A DNA stretch of 64,000 nucleotides from Octopus sinensis (lineage: Eukaryota), in contig NC_043020.1 in assembly GCF_006345805.1 (NCBI RefSeq), positions 1,302,001 to 1,366,000 of the forward strand, in the 5' to 3' direction. The notes under the pieces are model-generated. The model was not told where the DNA came from. It made no database searches and worked only from the letters and a program-made list of their open reading frames with translations. This document shows, piece by piece, positions 25,263 to 39,475 of this stretch; positions within the stretch are counted from its first letter, which is position 1; the number at the start of each line of letters is the position of its first letter. Position numbers and translations under genes: made by a program.

Positions 25263-25695
25263 TCTTTTCGGTTTAAACGGCAGTTTTTTTCTAGCGGTGT
25301 CATATGAAGTTGTCACCCATAATTATGACCCTAGTATCGATCTATTGCATTTCAATCTGTATTAGGGTTAAGGTTAGAGCTAGGTTAGTTAGTGTTAGGG
25401 GTCGGGGAAGGGTATCTTATTTTCTTCACAAGTGTAAATAAACCCAGTCTGTTTCTTAAACGAGGGACATATTCATACGGCACAGACTGTTTTTTTTTAC
25501 CTCAATAGACATCATTGATTGGTTGATTGATGGAAGAAAAGAAACAACAAATATCTTACAAACTATAGAATTTTCTCAATAAAGCCAAGAGAAAAAGATG
25601 TTTTATAAACACTTTCTACCAGTATACGAAGTTTAAAAATGTTTAGTTCCCTAGAAATTATTTTAAAAAACTGCCGGTCAAACCGTAAAGGTCCC
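25263..25695. mobile_element. MITE with ~26-bp TIRs and a degenerate TTAGGG core
   Basis: cttttcggtttaaacggcagtttttt and aaaaaactgccggtcaaaccgtaaag. The same terminus recurs at ~54535-54570. Confidence 0.7.
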
Positions 25696-25728
25696 TTTAT
25701 CCTTCTCCCACTTTCATTCTTTTCGCAG

Positions 25729-25899
25729 TCTTGTTCATCACATGGTGGCTTTGGAGGAGGAACAAAATGCAACGGAGACGGTGAAGAGTCATACCCATTA
25801 TGCAAAGCATACGACTTGAATTACCAGAACCTGCGCACCATTGGTCACGGGGCATTTGGGTTTGTTGTGGTATCACTAAACAAGTCATCCGACACCGAG
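25729..25899 (+). CDS. PASK: PASK exon, kinase G-loop (YQNLRTIGHGAFGFV)
   Basis: tttcgcag acceptor, GAG/gtaagt donor. GxGxFG loop. Confidence 0.95.
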
Positions 25900-26518
25900 G
25901 TAAGTTTTCCTCTTTAGTTTCTCACCACTAACCTAGGGACGAAAGAGTCCGGGACATGTCCGTCATCATCATCATCATCATCGTTTAACGTCCGTTTTCC
26001 ATGCTGGCATGGGTTGGATGGTTCGACCTGGGTCTGGGAAGCCAGGAGGCTGCACCAGGCTCCAGTCTGATCTGGCAGTGTTTCTACTGCTGGGTGCCCT
26101 TCTTAATGCCAACCACTCCGAGAGTGCCAAGGTGCCACGCAGTGGGACTGAACCCGGAACCATGTGGTTGGGAATCAAGCTTCTTACCACACAACCATGC
26201 CTGTGCATATGTCTAACAAAAAGAAAAAGATGAGGCTATCATCTTTGATCATATGTCTGCTCCATCAATGCCTGACCTTGCCCTGACTTGCCTGTACCCT
26301 TGGCTTGATGGGTCTTCTCAAGCGCAGCATATCACCCAACGTTTGAAGGGTGTTCTTTATGTGCCACCACGGTGCCAGTTATGCGTCACTGGCATCAGCC
26401 CTGACTGCGATTCCACCAAGCTTGACGGGTCTTCTTAAGCACAGCTTATCACCAAAGGTGTCAGTCATTTGTCATTGTTTTCGAGAGGCCCATCGTTCGA
26501 AGATCATATATATATATA

Positions 26519-26828
26519 TACTAGCAGTATCGCCCGGCGTTGCTCGGGTTTGTAAGGGAAATAACTATATAAGCATTTTTAGAGAGTTACTTCCCTTATA
26601 TAACCCAAGCAAAAATCATTAAAAATGCAGAAAAATGATGGTAAATTTTTTTCTAAATCATAGACTCATCGTAGATGCGCGCTAATACCCAGAAGGGCTC
26701 GATATGAATGACAACTATAAGATACCCGCTTTTGGTTAAACTGCACCGCAAAATGTGGGTGTAGTTAGGAATCTAAATCGGAGGAGACAGAGTCTCACAC
26801 ACACAACTTCACTTTTATATATAAAGAT
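26519..26828 (+). mobile_element. Helitron/helentron-like repeat starting ACTAGCAGTATCGCCCGGCGTTGCTCGGG
   Basis: The same terminus occurs in reverse at ~8580-8813 and ~16055-16289. The far end is CA/TA-rich. Confidence 0.55.
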
Positions 26829-26885
26829 ATGTATGTATTCGTATTGTGTCTCTAAATCCTTTCTGATTTTAACTTGTGTCTGCAG

Positions 26886-27011
26886 GTAATTGTGAAATAT
26901 ATCCTTCGTTCTAAAGTCCTGACTGAAAACTGGAGAGATGATCCCGTTCACGGTCGGATTCCTCTAGAAGCATCGATGCTAACACAGCTGTCTCATCCAA
27001 ATATTGTTCAA
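26886..27011 (+). CDS. PASK: PASK exon, kinase subdomains II-IV (VIVKYI...PLEASMLTQLSHPNIVQ)
   Basis: tgcag acceptor, CAA/gtaagt donor. Catalytic Lys and HPNIV present. Confidence 0.96.
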
Positions 27012-27748
27012 GTAAGTTTTCTTGTTTTCCCTTTCCTTTCCCCCTTTTTTTTGTCTCCCCTTTTGTGGTTATGTGGGGGGGGCAGTGGTGGTGATAGCAA
27101 CAGCAGTGATCTTTCAATCTCAGGATTCCTACCATGACTTAATCCAGAATAATTCTCCACTGAGTGACCCTCACCTTTTAGTCACTCATTGCTCATACTC
27201 TGATTCTCTCTCTCTCTCTCTCTCTCTCATATTGGTTTTTGCTTAGGGATTGTTGCTTTTATAACTATCCAGAAGAATAGACATATCATTGAGAACAATA
27301 GATTTAGTTGGTGGTCTTGTTATCTCTATTCTAGCTTTTGGTGAAGTAGAAGAGGTTAGAAAGGGTCAAGTGGTGAAGACATTATTTCGGCCCAGCTAAA
27401 AGGCATCTGTAAAATGTAAAACTGCTGTCAGAGAAAAACTATTGTTCCACTGTGGGAACAGTTCTGTTGCAATATTAATTTAATTTTGGCTATGGTGGAT
27501 CAAATCCACTTCATGCATGCAAGATCCACTACAAGTCATTTACATTGACCATAGTGATCAACCCCAAAAGGATGACAGGCAAAGACAACCTCAACAAAAT
27601 TTGAAATCAGAATATGAAGACAAACAAAATGCCGCTAAGAATTTTGCCCTGCATGCTAACGCTTCTCCCAGCTTGCTGCCTTAACGATACAAAATATTAG
27701 GGCTGCTGTCATGGTTTCATTATTTTTTTTTCGTTTCTCCTTTCTTAG

Positions 27749-27967
<219 letters not shown>

Positions 27968-28517
27968 TAACCCTTTAGCATTCAGATGTCCAACCCATGC
28001 TAGCATGGAAAGCAGATGTTAAATGATGATGATTATTCATCTTGTGAAGGCTTTCTCAGGGAATAAATACGAATTTGAGTTCATTCCATGCGTACGTGTA
28101 TATGCATGCATGTATGTACATATGTATATTGTTTACAATTCCATTACAGGTAGGATCACCAAGAAAAGTACTCCATTCAGTGAGAGACTAATATCATTTA
28201 ATATACGCAATGACAAAAGAGGTACTAAGTTTCATGCTTTATGATACACTAGTTGAATGACCCAGCATTGCCTGGGTTGCTGCTGCTCTTATTCAGATTA
28301 GTAAATAATAAATATGAAGATATATTTTTTTCTCATAATTTCTGTGTGGTAAGTAGCTTGCTTATGAACCACATGGTTCCAGGTTCAGTCCCACTGCGTG
28401 GCACCTTGGGCAAGTGTCTTCTACTATAACCTCAGGCCGACCAAAGCCTTGTGAGTGGATTTGGTAGATGGAAACAGAAAGAAGCCCGTCGTATATATAT
28501 GTGTATATATATACATG

Positions 28518-28550
<33 letters not shown>

Positions 28551-28817
28551 ATGTTTGTGTGTCTGTGTTTGTCTCCTCAACATCGCTTGACAACTGTTGT
28601 CAACGCTGGTGTGTTTACGTTCCCGTAACTTAGCGGTTCGGCAAAAGAGACCGATAGAATAGAATAAGTACTAGGCTTATAAATAATAAGTTCTGGGGGT
28701 CAATTTGCTCAACTAAAGGCGGTGCTCCAGCATGGCCGCAGTCAAATGACTGAAACAAGTAAAAGAGTAAAAAAAAAGAGAGAATCGTACAATAAACACT
28801 AACGAGCTCCCGATTAA

Positions 28818-29363
<546 letters not shown>

Positions 29364-30709
29364 TGAAGATCCACCGACCACACGCGATGCACGGGTGCGA
29401 AAGCTACGTTGTTATCCTCATTCCATAAACGGTGGCTTTTAACGGGTGGAGAGCTGAACCATCCTGGGGGTACAGAGGATTCGCCATCTAGACTAGGGTC
29501 TGAAAGTTTACCACACCATAGTGGGTTACACCATGGTTCCTCTGCTTTGTGGCAGAAGTAGGAAGAAAGAGTGAGAGGAAGTTGTGGTGAAAGAGTACAG
29601 CAGTGTTCACCACCACCCCCCGTCAGAGCCTCGTGGAGCTTAGGTGTTTTTGCTCAATAAACACGCACAATGTCCTGTCTGGGAATTGAAACCGCACTCT
29701 TACAGCCACGAGTCCGCTGCCCTAACCACTGGGCCATTGCGCCTCCACATTGTTGTTGTTGGTGGTGGTGGTAGTGCTGTTATTGTTTAGCCCCGAGTTT
29801 ACCCTGATGGAACTAACTTGTGGGTCAGAGGCATTCCAGCTGTGATCATAGATGCAGATGTAGCTGTGTGGTAAGATGCTTGCTGTTTGCTTCCCAACCA
29901 CATGGTTCCAGGTTCTGTCCCACTGCATGGAACCTTGGGCAAGTGTCTTATACTGTGGCCTCAGGCTAACCAAAGCCTTGTGCGTGGATCTAGTTGACGG
30001 AAACTGAAAGAAGACCATCGTATGTATATGTATATATATATATTCTTTTGTTCTTTTACTTGTTTCATTATTTGATTGTGGCCATGCTGAAGCACCACTT
30101 TAAAGGGTTTTTAAATTGAAGAAATTGACCCCAGGACTTATTTTTTGTAAGCCTAGTACTTATTCTATAAGTCTCTTTTTGCTGAACCACTAAGTTACGG
30201 GGATGTAAACGCAACATCAGTTGCCAAGCAATGGTGGGGGCACAAACACCGACACAAAGATACACATAAATATATACAATATACATACAATGGGCTTCTT
30301 TCAGTTTCCGTCTTCCAAATCCACTCATACCAGCATGGACAACAGGCATTAAATGATGATGAAGACTTTGGTTAGCCTAAGGCTATAGAGCAAGACACTT
30401 GCCCAAGGTCCCCGTAACTTAGCGGTTTGGCAAAAGAGACCGATAGAATAAGTACTGGGCTTACAAAGAATAAGTCCTGAGGTGGATTTGCTCGACTAAA
30501 GGCGGTGCTCCAGCATGACTACAGTCAAATGACTGAAACAAGTAAAAGAGTTAGTTTATGTTCCAAACATCAGCTTAATAGCAACGAAGTTATTTCGGTA
30601 AATTCTTTATTATTTTCATAAAGGAACTGAAACCAGGAACATGGTTGCTAAAGTGTTGTCATAAATGTTAGTTTATTTTTTTTTTTTCACTCTGTTTCTC
30701 TTTGCACAG

Positions 30710-30843
30710 GTATGAAGGACCCGAACTGGAAGTTTGGTCAATGGGGGTCACTCTCTACACCCTTGTCTATGGAGAGAACCCTTTCTTTACTGTTGATGAT
30801 ATTCTGGAATGTAATTTCAATCCACCCTATCAAGTGTCCGAGT
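30710..30843 (+). CDS. PASK: PASK exon (WYEGPELEVWSMGVTLYTLVYGENPF...PPYQVSE)
   Basis: gcacag acceptor, T/gtaagt donor. Matches PASK GPELEMWSLGVTLYTL. Confidence 0.96.
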
Positions 30844-32163
30844 GTAAGTAGATCATTCCTCTCATCCGTGAGTGTGTGTGTGTTTGTCTGTCTGTGTGTT
30901 TTCTATTTTAGCATTGGTTTGATGGATGTATCTGTCTGTTTATATGAAACATATCAATTATTATAATTAACAGTGGAGGCACATGGCTTAGTGGTTAGGG
31001 TACTGGACTCATGATTGTAAGATTGTGGTTTCGATTCTTGGACCAGGTGATGCATTGTGTTCTTGAGCGAAGAACTTCATTTCTCATTGTTCCTGTGCAT
31101 TCATCATCATCGTCCGTTTTCCATGCTAGCATGGGTTGGACAGTTCGACTGGGGTCTGGGAAGCCAGGAGGCTGTGCCAGGCTCCAATCTGATCTGGCAG
31201 TGTTTCTATGGCTGGATGCCCTTCCTAACGCCAACCAGTCCATGAGTGTAGTGGGTGCTTTTTACATGCCACCAGTACAGGGGCCAGAGGAGGCTGGCAA
31301 CGGTCACAATCAGATGATGCTTTTTACATGCCACCGGCACAGATCCTCATTATTTTGAATTAATAATCCATTATCTTGTAGCTTTGAGATTTCAATGATG
31401 TGATTGAGTTTTAGAATGATCGACTAAAATATGGTATGATAGGCCTGATCTGGCCAGATTATTCATAAAACGAGTAGAATATTTGGGGCCAGATTTGGCC
31501 GGTTTAAATACTAAGGAGTTAAGGTACAACTGCACTTTGCTGTTTTACTGCATTTATTTGTTTAGCTAGTTTATTTATAATTTATATTCTTTTAAATGAT
31601 GCATTGTCTCTTGGTGGCCAGTTAGTGTAAGGGAGATAATCATTTCTACATAATATTTGGTGGGATTCGAAGATGAGAAGTTTGAAGTCAGCAAAGAAGA
31701 TGCATGAAGCTATACAGGCATTGCTGTGTAGTAAGAAGTTTGGTTCCCAACCACATGGTTCCGGGTTCAGTCCCACTGCGTGGCACCTTGGGCAAGTGTC
31801 TTCTACTATAGCCTCAAGATGACCAGAGCCTTGTGAGTGGATTTGGTAGACAGAAACGGAAAGAAACCTGTTGTATGTGTGTGTGTGTGTGTGTGTGTGT
31901 TTTGATATCTGTGTTTCTCTCCCTACCTGCTTGATACCTAGTGTTAGTATGTTTCCATCCTCCTTGTAACTTAGCAGTTCGGCAAAAGAGACCGATACAG
32001 TAAGTACCCGGCTTAAAAAAATATAAATACATTCGACTAAAAAGATTCTGTGGCCACAGTCTAACTGAAACAAGTAAAAGATAAGTTATATATATTTATT
32101 TTAATTCTTTTTTTTTTTTGTTTTCTTTTTACTTATTGGTTATTTTCCACTGGAATTCTTCAG

Positions 32164-32304
32164 ATTTGACTGACTTGCTGCATTGGATGATGCTGCCTGA
32201 CCCTGCTGATCGTATGAACATTGAGGAACTTGAGCATGACACGTGGGTGTTTCAGCCTTTAAATATAGAAAACTACAGCTGGGCTCAAGTGATGCACCAC
32301 GAAC
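32164..32304 (+). CDS. PASK: PASK exon (YLTDLLHWMMLPDPADRMNIEEL...WVFQPLNIENYSW)
   Basis: ttcttcag acceptor, C/gtaagt donor. Kinase subdomain XI Arg and the PASK WVxQP...Y.W tail. Confidence 0.95.
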
Positions 32305-33013
32305 GTAAGTATTTTCTCTCTCTATTTTATTTCTCTTTCTCCCTCCTCTAGCTATCTATCTATCCATCTATCTCTATATATGAGTGGGTATGTTGGTGTA
32401 AATGGTAGCACACTGTGATCATATAGAAGTGTGGGTTTGACCCCCATGCGTATGAAAAACCCACTTTCTTCTGTCAAGGGCTTATATGCCCCAATATTAG
32501 ACTACTATCTTTAGTCAGTACACTGTGATCCCTTGTAAGCTTTAAGCTTATAAAATATTATTATTATTTACAGATATATATATACATATGGCTGTTATTT
32601 CTTGCAGATCAAGTGACCATGTAAAAGCTGACACATTACTATTTACCAGCAGAAATGTAACAAAATGTTTAAGACGATCAGGTGCTGCTTGAGAGAATTT
32701 TTGCTGTTATTTCTAGCAGATTAACTGACAATATAGAGCAGTCATGGATAGTGTGGCCTACGCTCGAATGGTGCCCTTTTACGTGCCACGGGTACGGAAG
32801 CCAGTTGGCTGCTCTGGCAACGATCACACTCAGATGGCGCTCTTGGCACCCTACTAGCACAGGCATAAGTGCCAGTAAGGCGACGCTGGTAACGATCACA
32901 CTCGTGGCATAGTTCCTCACTTATTAGCTCTGTATTTCTGCATATGTGTCTTACTCTTTCCTTCTCTCTCTCTCTCTCTCTCTCATTCATTTTTGTTTTG
33001 CTCCTTTTTCTAG

Positions 33014-33156
33014 CCTCCATGACAACTTCAGATTACAATGTGAACTACGAGCCGGTCTCTTATGCAGACATTTTCAGCCTTAGCTGTGCTCCACGAATCT
33101 CTTCCGTCCGACCTTTCACCAGACAAAGTACCAGACCCCACTATCTGTCGTATTAA
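33014..33156 (+). CDS. PASK: PASK terminal coding exon (PSMTTSDY...HYLSY*)
   Basis: tttttctag acceptor in the required phase 1, reading to TAA. Supported by splice and phase logic, not by homology. Confidence 0.7.
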
Positions 33157-33490
33157 GAAAAAAAAACAAAACAAAAAACAAATAAAACTTATAAAAACAA
33201 GAAACAAACAACTCGAAACGTGAACCACCTGAATCAGCAACAGAATTCTTTTTACACACACACACACATACCAACACCCACACTCACCTACACACACACA
33301 TATACTCACCATCATATACACACATATATACATCCACACTAATGCACTCAGACTTTTGCATGCTGTGCTTTTTTTTTTTCTTTAAAAAAAAAATTACACG
33401 TGCTGTGGTCATTGAATGGATTAGATCTAGAGACAGAGGGCTTTCGTAACGAAATACAAAAAAAAAAAAAAGGAAAAACAGGAGGGAATA

Positions 33491-33528
<38 letters not shown>

Positions 33529-34365
33529 AAACTTTGACAAGAAACGAAAATAACTTAAATGATCCAAAGATATGGAATGCGATAAAGAAAAAAAAAACAA
33601 AAAGCAAAGAAAAATAGATCTTCCTTATGTAAAAACTATTTTGGTTCTTATTTTAAACCCTAGATTGATAAATTCCACAATAAAGGACCCTAATGTATTG
33701 GGGAACAAAGTCACTTTTCTTCTCTGTGAAGAAAAAATCAGAGGGTTCATTTTTTTTTTTTTTTTTTTCCGTATTTTCGTATAAATATTTATACATACAT
33801 CTGTTCATATATGCATAATGCGGAGTAGCTAAAACAGGGGACAACTGATGAAGGGGATGTTCTTGATGTTGCGGGTCTCGTTTCTTTCTTTCTTTCGTTG
33901 TTTGAAAAAAATGTTCGTTTTATATGTTCTCATTTTTTTTAATGGCTATGAGGGCCCAGTAGTGTAAAAAAAAAGTATGAAAGGGGTCTATAAGGGGGGG
34001 GGGGGCAAAGGGTTTGAACCCCTGTTGTAGAGGAACTAAATGACTCGCATTTTAAAGTGGCGAAGGGATGATGAGGTGGATCTAGAAAAAAGTAGCATTA
34101 ATGAAAATATAGGGGTGTGGTTACAACTGTTCTTAATTGCATTACTTGTTAGGGTATACAAAGCAAATATGGGGGGGAAAAAAAAAAACCATGATAAACA
34201 CAAGATGTTGTTCAACTCATTTGTTCCCTGTGGCTATTTGCATCCTCTGCGGTGGAAGTTCCAAATGCAGCTGGATGCTGAACCACAACGGTTCATCATT
34301 GTAATTTAGCCGGATCAAATGCATTTGAACACTGATTATCCACCACAGAAGGTGCAAATAACCGC

Positions 34366-34371
34366 AATAAA
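34366..34371 (+). terminator. Candidate PASK polyadenylation signal AATAAA
   Basis: AATAAA about 1.2 kb after the stop, followed by GT/T-rich tracts. An earlier AATAAA at ~33181 is an alternative. Confidence 0.35.
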
Positions 34372-34909
34372 GCAATTAAAAAAATAACTTACTCAAAAAC
34401 GAAACTCAGGTATTAATTTTGTTTTTATTTTTTTAAATCAATAGATTTTTGTTGTTTGTTTTGTTTTGTTTTTACCGAGTCAACTTCGAGGGTGTGGGCC
34501 AAAGAAAAAACTTTTAAAAAATTAAATCTTGGTGAGTTCCCTTTTTTTGCCTTTATTTACCATTTTGTAAAAAAAAAAATTGACTTATCTTTCATAACTT
34601 TCATTCTCTTTTAAACCGTGATGGAAAACTCTGAAGATATTAAATCTCCTCCTTTTAATTTTAACAATTTTCTCTAATTTGTAAATATTCTGCAACACAC
34701 AAATACACTAAAGAAGGTTGGTGATAGAACATTGAGGGAAGAAGCCAAGGTGGACTTGGCTTCCCTGTGAGAGATTAGGTGTATTTTACTTGCAGTCTTT
34801 TTTGTTTGGTTACGTTTTTAAATTTCTTTTTTTAAAGCACAAACATGAAGTAGCTGGTGATATGGAGAAACAGGAAGGAAGAGAAAGAACTCTTCTGCAG
34901 ATGTTTTTC

Positions 34910-35195
34910 TGAAAGGGGTTTTGAAGCCAAAGAAAAAATATGGAGAAAGATTCAAGGGCTCATGAAGCCCTTTTTATCCTCTTCATTTTTTTTCTCTGCA
35001 AACTCCTTCATATTGGAGAAAGGGCTTTTGAAGCCTAAAAAAGTATATGGAGAAAGATTCAAGGGTTCACGAAGCCCCTTTTATCTTCATTTTTTTCTCT
35101 GCAAACTCCTTCATATTGGAGAAAGATTCAAGGGCTCATGAAGCCCCTTTTATCTTCATTTTTTTCTATGCAAATTCCTTCATATTGGAGAAGGA
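34910..35195. repeat. ~69-nt tandem repeat (~4 copies) between the PASK and NNT stop codons
   Basis: ggagaaagattcaaggg...ctccttcatatt recurs at 35049, 35118 and 35187, with a variant unit from ~34940. Confidence 0.88.
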
Positions 35196-35236
35196 GAAAA
35201 AAAAAAAAACAATCTCTCTTTCTCTATAGTTTTATA

Positions 35237-35242
35237 TTTATT
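35237..35242 (-). terminator. Candidate NNT polyadenylation signal AATAAA
   Basis: TTTATT on + about 280 nt after the NNT stop, with U-rich tracts on both sides in the - sense. Confidence 0.45.
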
Positions 35243-35517
35243 TAGGAAAAAAAAAAAAAAAAAAAAAGGGGTCAAACAATTTCAGACACCAAATTGACAG
35301 AGACAGTGTGTGTGTGTTTGTTCAATTCAAGTATTTTACTGCATTCTCTCTTTTTTAGCTCCTAAGTTTCAACAGACCAGAGAAAGTAAGGTAGATTCGT
35401 GCTCTACTCGGCTGTGGTGGCAAACCACAGACAGACACGCATGCATGCATATTCTATGACTCATTACTTATATATATATTTTAATTATAAACATCGTTGC
35501 TCTAACAGCTACTGCAG

Positions 35518-35667
35518 TTATGATTCATAATGAGTGCTCATTCTGCGGAGGAGAGCATCACACGTCTTCTTGGCATCACCCAACAACATGGATGTATTTT
35601 GCTTGAAAAAGATTGGATTGTCAACAGCGGCATATCCTACGCCCAAACTTCTTTTCATAACAATGAC
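35518..35667 (-). CDS. NNT: NNT terminal exon ([20 protein letters not shown]...[22 protein letters not shown])
   Basis: ttttaccag acceptor, TAA stop. Read by hand because it is under the ORF-track length cutoff. Confidence 0.97.
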   Translation of the reverse strand, partial: VIVMKRSLGVGYAAVDNPIFFKQNTSMLLGDAKKTCDALLRRMSTHYES

Positions 35668-35730
35668 CTGGTAAAAGAAAGAATTCATATGTTAATTATG
35701 AGTGTGAATGAGAGAGAGATAGAGTGTGCG

Positions 35731-36250
35731 TACAGTAAATCCTCAAGTATAATCCGCAGTTACCCCACCAAAATTTAACGGTCAAAATCCCTAGTGCGTA
35801 TTATACACGAGGTTAAAAATGAAAATTATTTTCTAAGCAATGACCGAGTCTCTATTTGCAGTCCGGCAATATTTATTCAGACGCATTTCGTGATGTTGGG
35901 TGCCAAAATACCTTAAGCTAAGCCTGAAAGCAATGAAGTCATAAAAGAATCATCCATAACTTGCAGTAAGCAACATTTATTAAACATTATTACTGTTATT
36001 TCTTTATTTTCTGCAAACAAAACGCACAAAAAAGCTACACGTTTGCATTATGTTATATATACAATAATAATAATAAAGGACGTCACCGTATACAATTTTA
36101 CAAGCCAAGGACGTTATATAGACCTCCTTGATTCAAGTTAGAGAAGGGGTGCGTATTATACACAAGGTTTAGGTTTTTCAGAGGTACAGCCCCCTAAAAA
36201 TCCCCTGCGTATTATACTCAAGGGTGGACTATACTCGAGGATTTACGGTA
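35731..36250. mobile_element. pogo/Tigger-like MITE
   Basis: TACAGTAAATCCTCAAGTAT and ATACTCGAGGATTTACGGTA inverted termini, TA-flanked. Confidence 0.75.
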
Positions 36251-38025
36251 TGTATATATCTGTTTGTACGATTTACAAAGAGCCTTCAATCATACCAAAT
36301 ATGTCATCAGATAGGACTAATATGAATCACAAGCATCTTATATAAATTACCTGAGAGCTGCAAGACAACCAGTGGGAGTTGATGAAGCTGAGGCAAGATG
36401 GTGGTTTGTCTATGGTAGCAATTGCATTTGGTGATATAATGAAACAAGGGGAAACAACTGCGTCAACACTCATCATCATTTAACCAGTTTTCTATGCTGG
36501 CATGGGTTAGACGGTTCCACAGGAGCTGGCAACCGGGAGGGTGGCACCAGGCCCCAATCATTTCTTTTGGCTTCTGTGGCTGGATGCCCTTTCTAAAGAC
36601 AACCACTTTACAGACTGTACTGGGAGCTTTTTATATGTCAATGGCACAGGTGCCTTTTATGTGGTGCCAAGACAAGTGCTTTTTACGCAACACTGGCACA
36701 AGTGCTTTTGCATATTTGTGATAGATATTCTATCCTGTCTGATGACGTGTCTGGTATTACCAATTGCTTTTTATAAAGCGCATTATAATTTGCCATTATT
36801 GATTATTGATGGCAAAAACATGCACATCAGATGTGAAAATAAAAGAAACACAAAATTTATGCTCCATGCTTTTCTTTCATAATAGATCTCTCTTATTATA
36901 AAAGGCAGATTTTATCTGCCTCCCTTTGTCAGTTATAGAAATCTACAACATAGTCTCTATATATATATATAAAAACAGCAAAATATCTGTCTGTATGTGC
37001 CTGTGTCCTTTATACAAATCCACAATTTTTCAGCAAGAGGGCTCACACCATCTATGGTCATTCAAAACCGTCCAAGGGTGGTCGTGCACATCTTTACATT
37101 TCCCCAGTCACCCCGCAAAGCCCTTAAAAAAATCAATAGAAGTGACTTTTTTGTGAATTTTCTATCCAAAACCCAATCAAAATGCCTGAAATTTGATACG
37201 CCAATTGAATGCCAGCTAGCTGTATGTGATTGGTCGGAGATTTGGACAGTACTCGCGCGTATGTGCTCACGCACGCAGCTGTATATGCATGCACTAGCAC
37301 TATGACCTGGCGTTGCTAGTGTTACATAATAGCCCCTAAACTGGTTGCATGGAACCCTACTGGGTCACATAGCAGAGAGCGAGTGAATATTAAGAACCAT
37401 AACGAAATGGAAATCTTGTCATGCACCTAATACAGCCATTTCCACTCATCTCATCATTGCTTTACTGGACTTGCATAGATTGGACAAAGTTTATTGAGGC
37501 AGATGCCCATCCTGCTGCCAACACGTGTTTCCAAGCAACGTAATATTTCCACATATTCAGACATTTTTGCAGAATATTGGAAATGAACGCTGCTGCTTGC
37601 TTTGTAATGATGGTGACACCCACTTACAACTATCGCATAATGTCAAAACAAAGACAATAATATTATTAAGAAATAAATATTATTAAAAAATAAATAACCT
37701 GAAACCAGTGCCCCAGAATGGGCATGGTCAGTTCATTGAAACAAGTAAAAGAACTTATTTCAGTCATTGGACTGCAGCTTTGAATGGATTTGGTCAATTA
37801 GATTGACCCCAGTAATTTTCATTTTTATATATTTGTAAATTTGGCCCTTTATTCTAACAGTTCCTTTTGCTGAACTACCAAGTGGTGGATAGGAACAAAC
37901 ACACACACACACACACACACAAGCTTCCATCCAGTTCCTGTCTACCAAATTCACTCCCAAGACATTGGTCGGCTTAAGGTTCTAATAAAAGACGCTTGCC
38001 AAAAGGGCTGTGCTGTGGGACTGAA

Positions 38026-38330
38026 GTTTGTTCCTTCTCGAGCCATGCCTGGCTCATAAGGGCCGGTTTCCCAGTTTCTCGGCGTATAGGTTCCCCACCT
38101 GGATGGGACGCCGGTCCATCGCAGGTGAGCTGCAAGATGCAGGAGGAAAGAGTGAGAGAAAGTTGTGGTGAAAGAGTCAGCAGAAGTTCGCCATTACCTT
38201 CTGCTGGAGCCACATGGAGCTTAGGTGTTTTGCTCATAAACACACACATCCCCCCTGGTCTAAGATTTGAACCCACGATCCCTCGACTGAGAGTTCGCTG
38301 CTCTAACCACTGGGCCATGTGCCTTCACAC
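38026..38330 (-). mobile_element. SINE family D inserted in a SINE-A head, 10-bp TSD TGGGACTGAA
   Basis: TSD at 38016-38025 and 38331-38340. Confidence 0.88.
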
Positions 38331-38394
38331 TGGGACTGAACCCAAAACCATGTGGTTGCTAAGCGAACTTCTAAACCACACAGCCATGCCCTTA

Positions 38395-38673
<279 letters not shown>

Positions 38674-39475
38674 TTAACGGATACAAGAATATCAAAGAAA
38701 TATTTTTAAATGATTTGGTTTATTTTAGCAATCGTTAGCAAAATAACACAAAGGATGACAAACAGAAATATTTACAAAATATTTAGAGGCAGCGAGCTGG
38801 CAGAAACGTTAGCACGCTTGTAATTCCCTTGGATAACATCGGAGGGGAGGCTGATATGCACAGACAACTGCTGGCCTTCCACAAACAACCTTACCCGGAC
38901 TTGTGCCTCGGAGGGTAACTTTCTAGGTGCAATCCCATGGTCATTTATGACCAAAGGGGATCACGACCTCATATATAACCTATATACTAGGCATATAAAT
39001 ATATCAGATGATCACGTGACCGACCAGACCATCAGATGTTGTTACACATCGCTGGTCACAATGCGTTCGCATTGTTTTAGCATTCGAATGACACCACCCC
39101 GCAAGCTAAGAGAGCAGGCCAACAGAAGAAAGAGTACAGCAGGGATAAACCACCCCCTGCCGGAGCCTCGTGGAGCTTTTTAGGTGTTTTCGCTCAATAA
39201 ACACTCACAACACCTGGCCTGGGAATCGAAACCGCAATCCTATGACCGCGAGTCCGCTGCCCTAACCACTGGGCCTCCACATATATATATAAATGCAAAA
39301 GGCTTCTTTCAGTTTCCGTCAGCCAAGTCCACTCACAAGGCTTTGGTTGGCCTGAGGCTATAGAAGAAGACACTTGCACAAGGTGCCACACAGTGGAACT
39401 GAACCCGGAACCATGTGGTTGGGAAGATAGCTTCTTACCAGATAGCCAATCCTACGCCTATTCTTATATTCATCT

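Noticed and set aside
25362-25400. Interstitial telomere or chromosome-fusion scar
   Set aside because: Only a few degenerate TTAGGG units are present, and they are internal to a TIR-bounded element.
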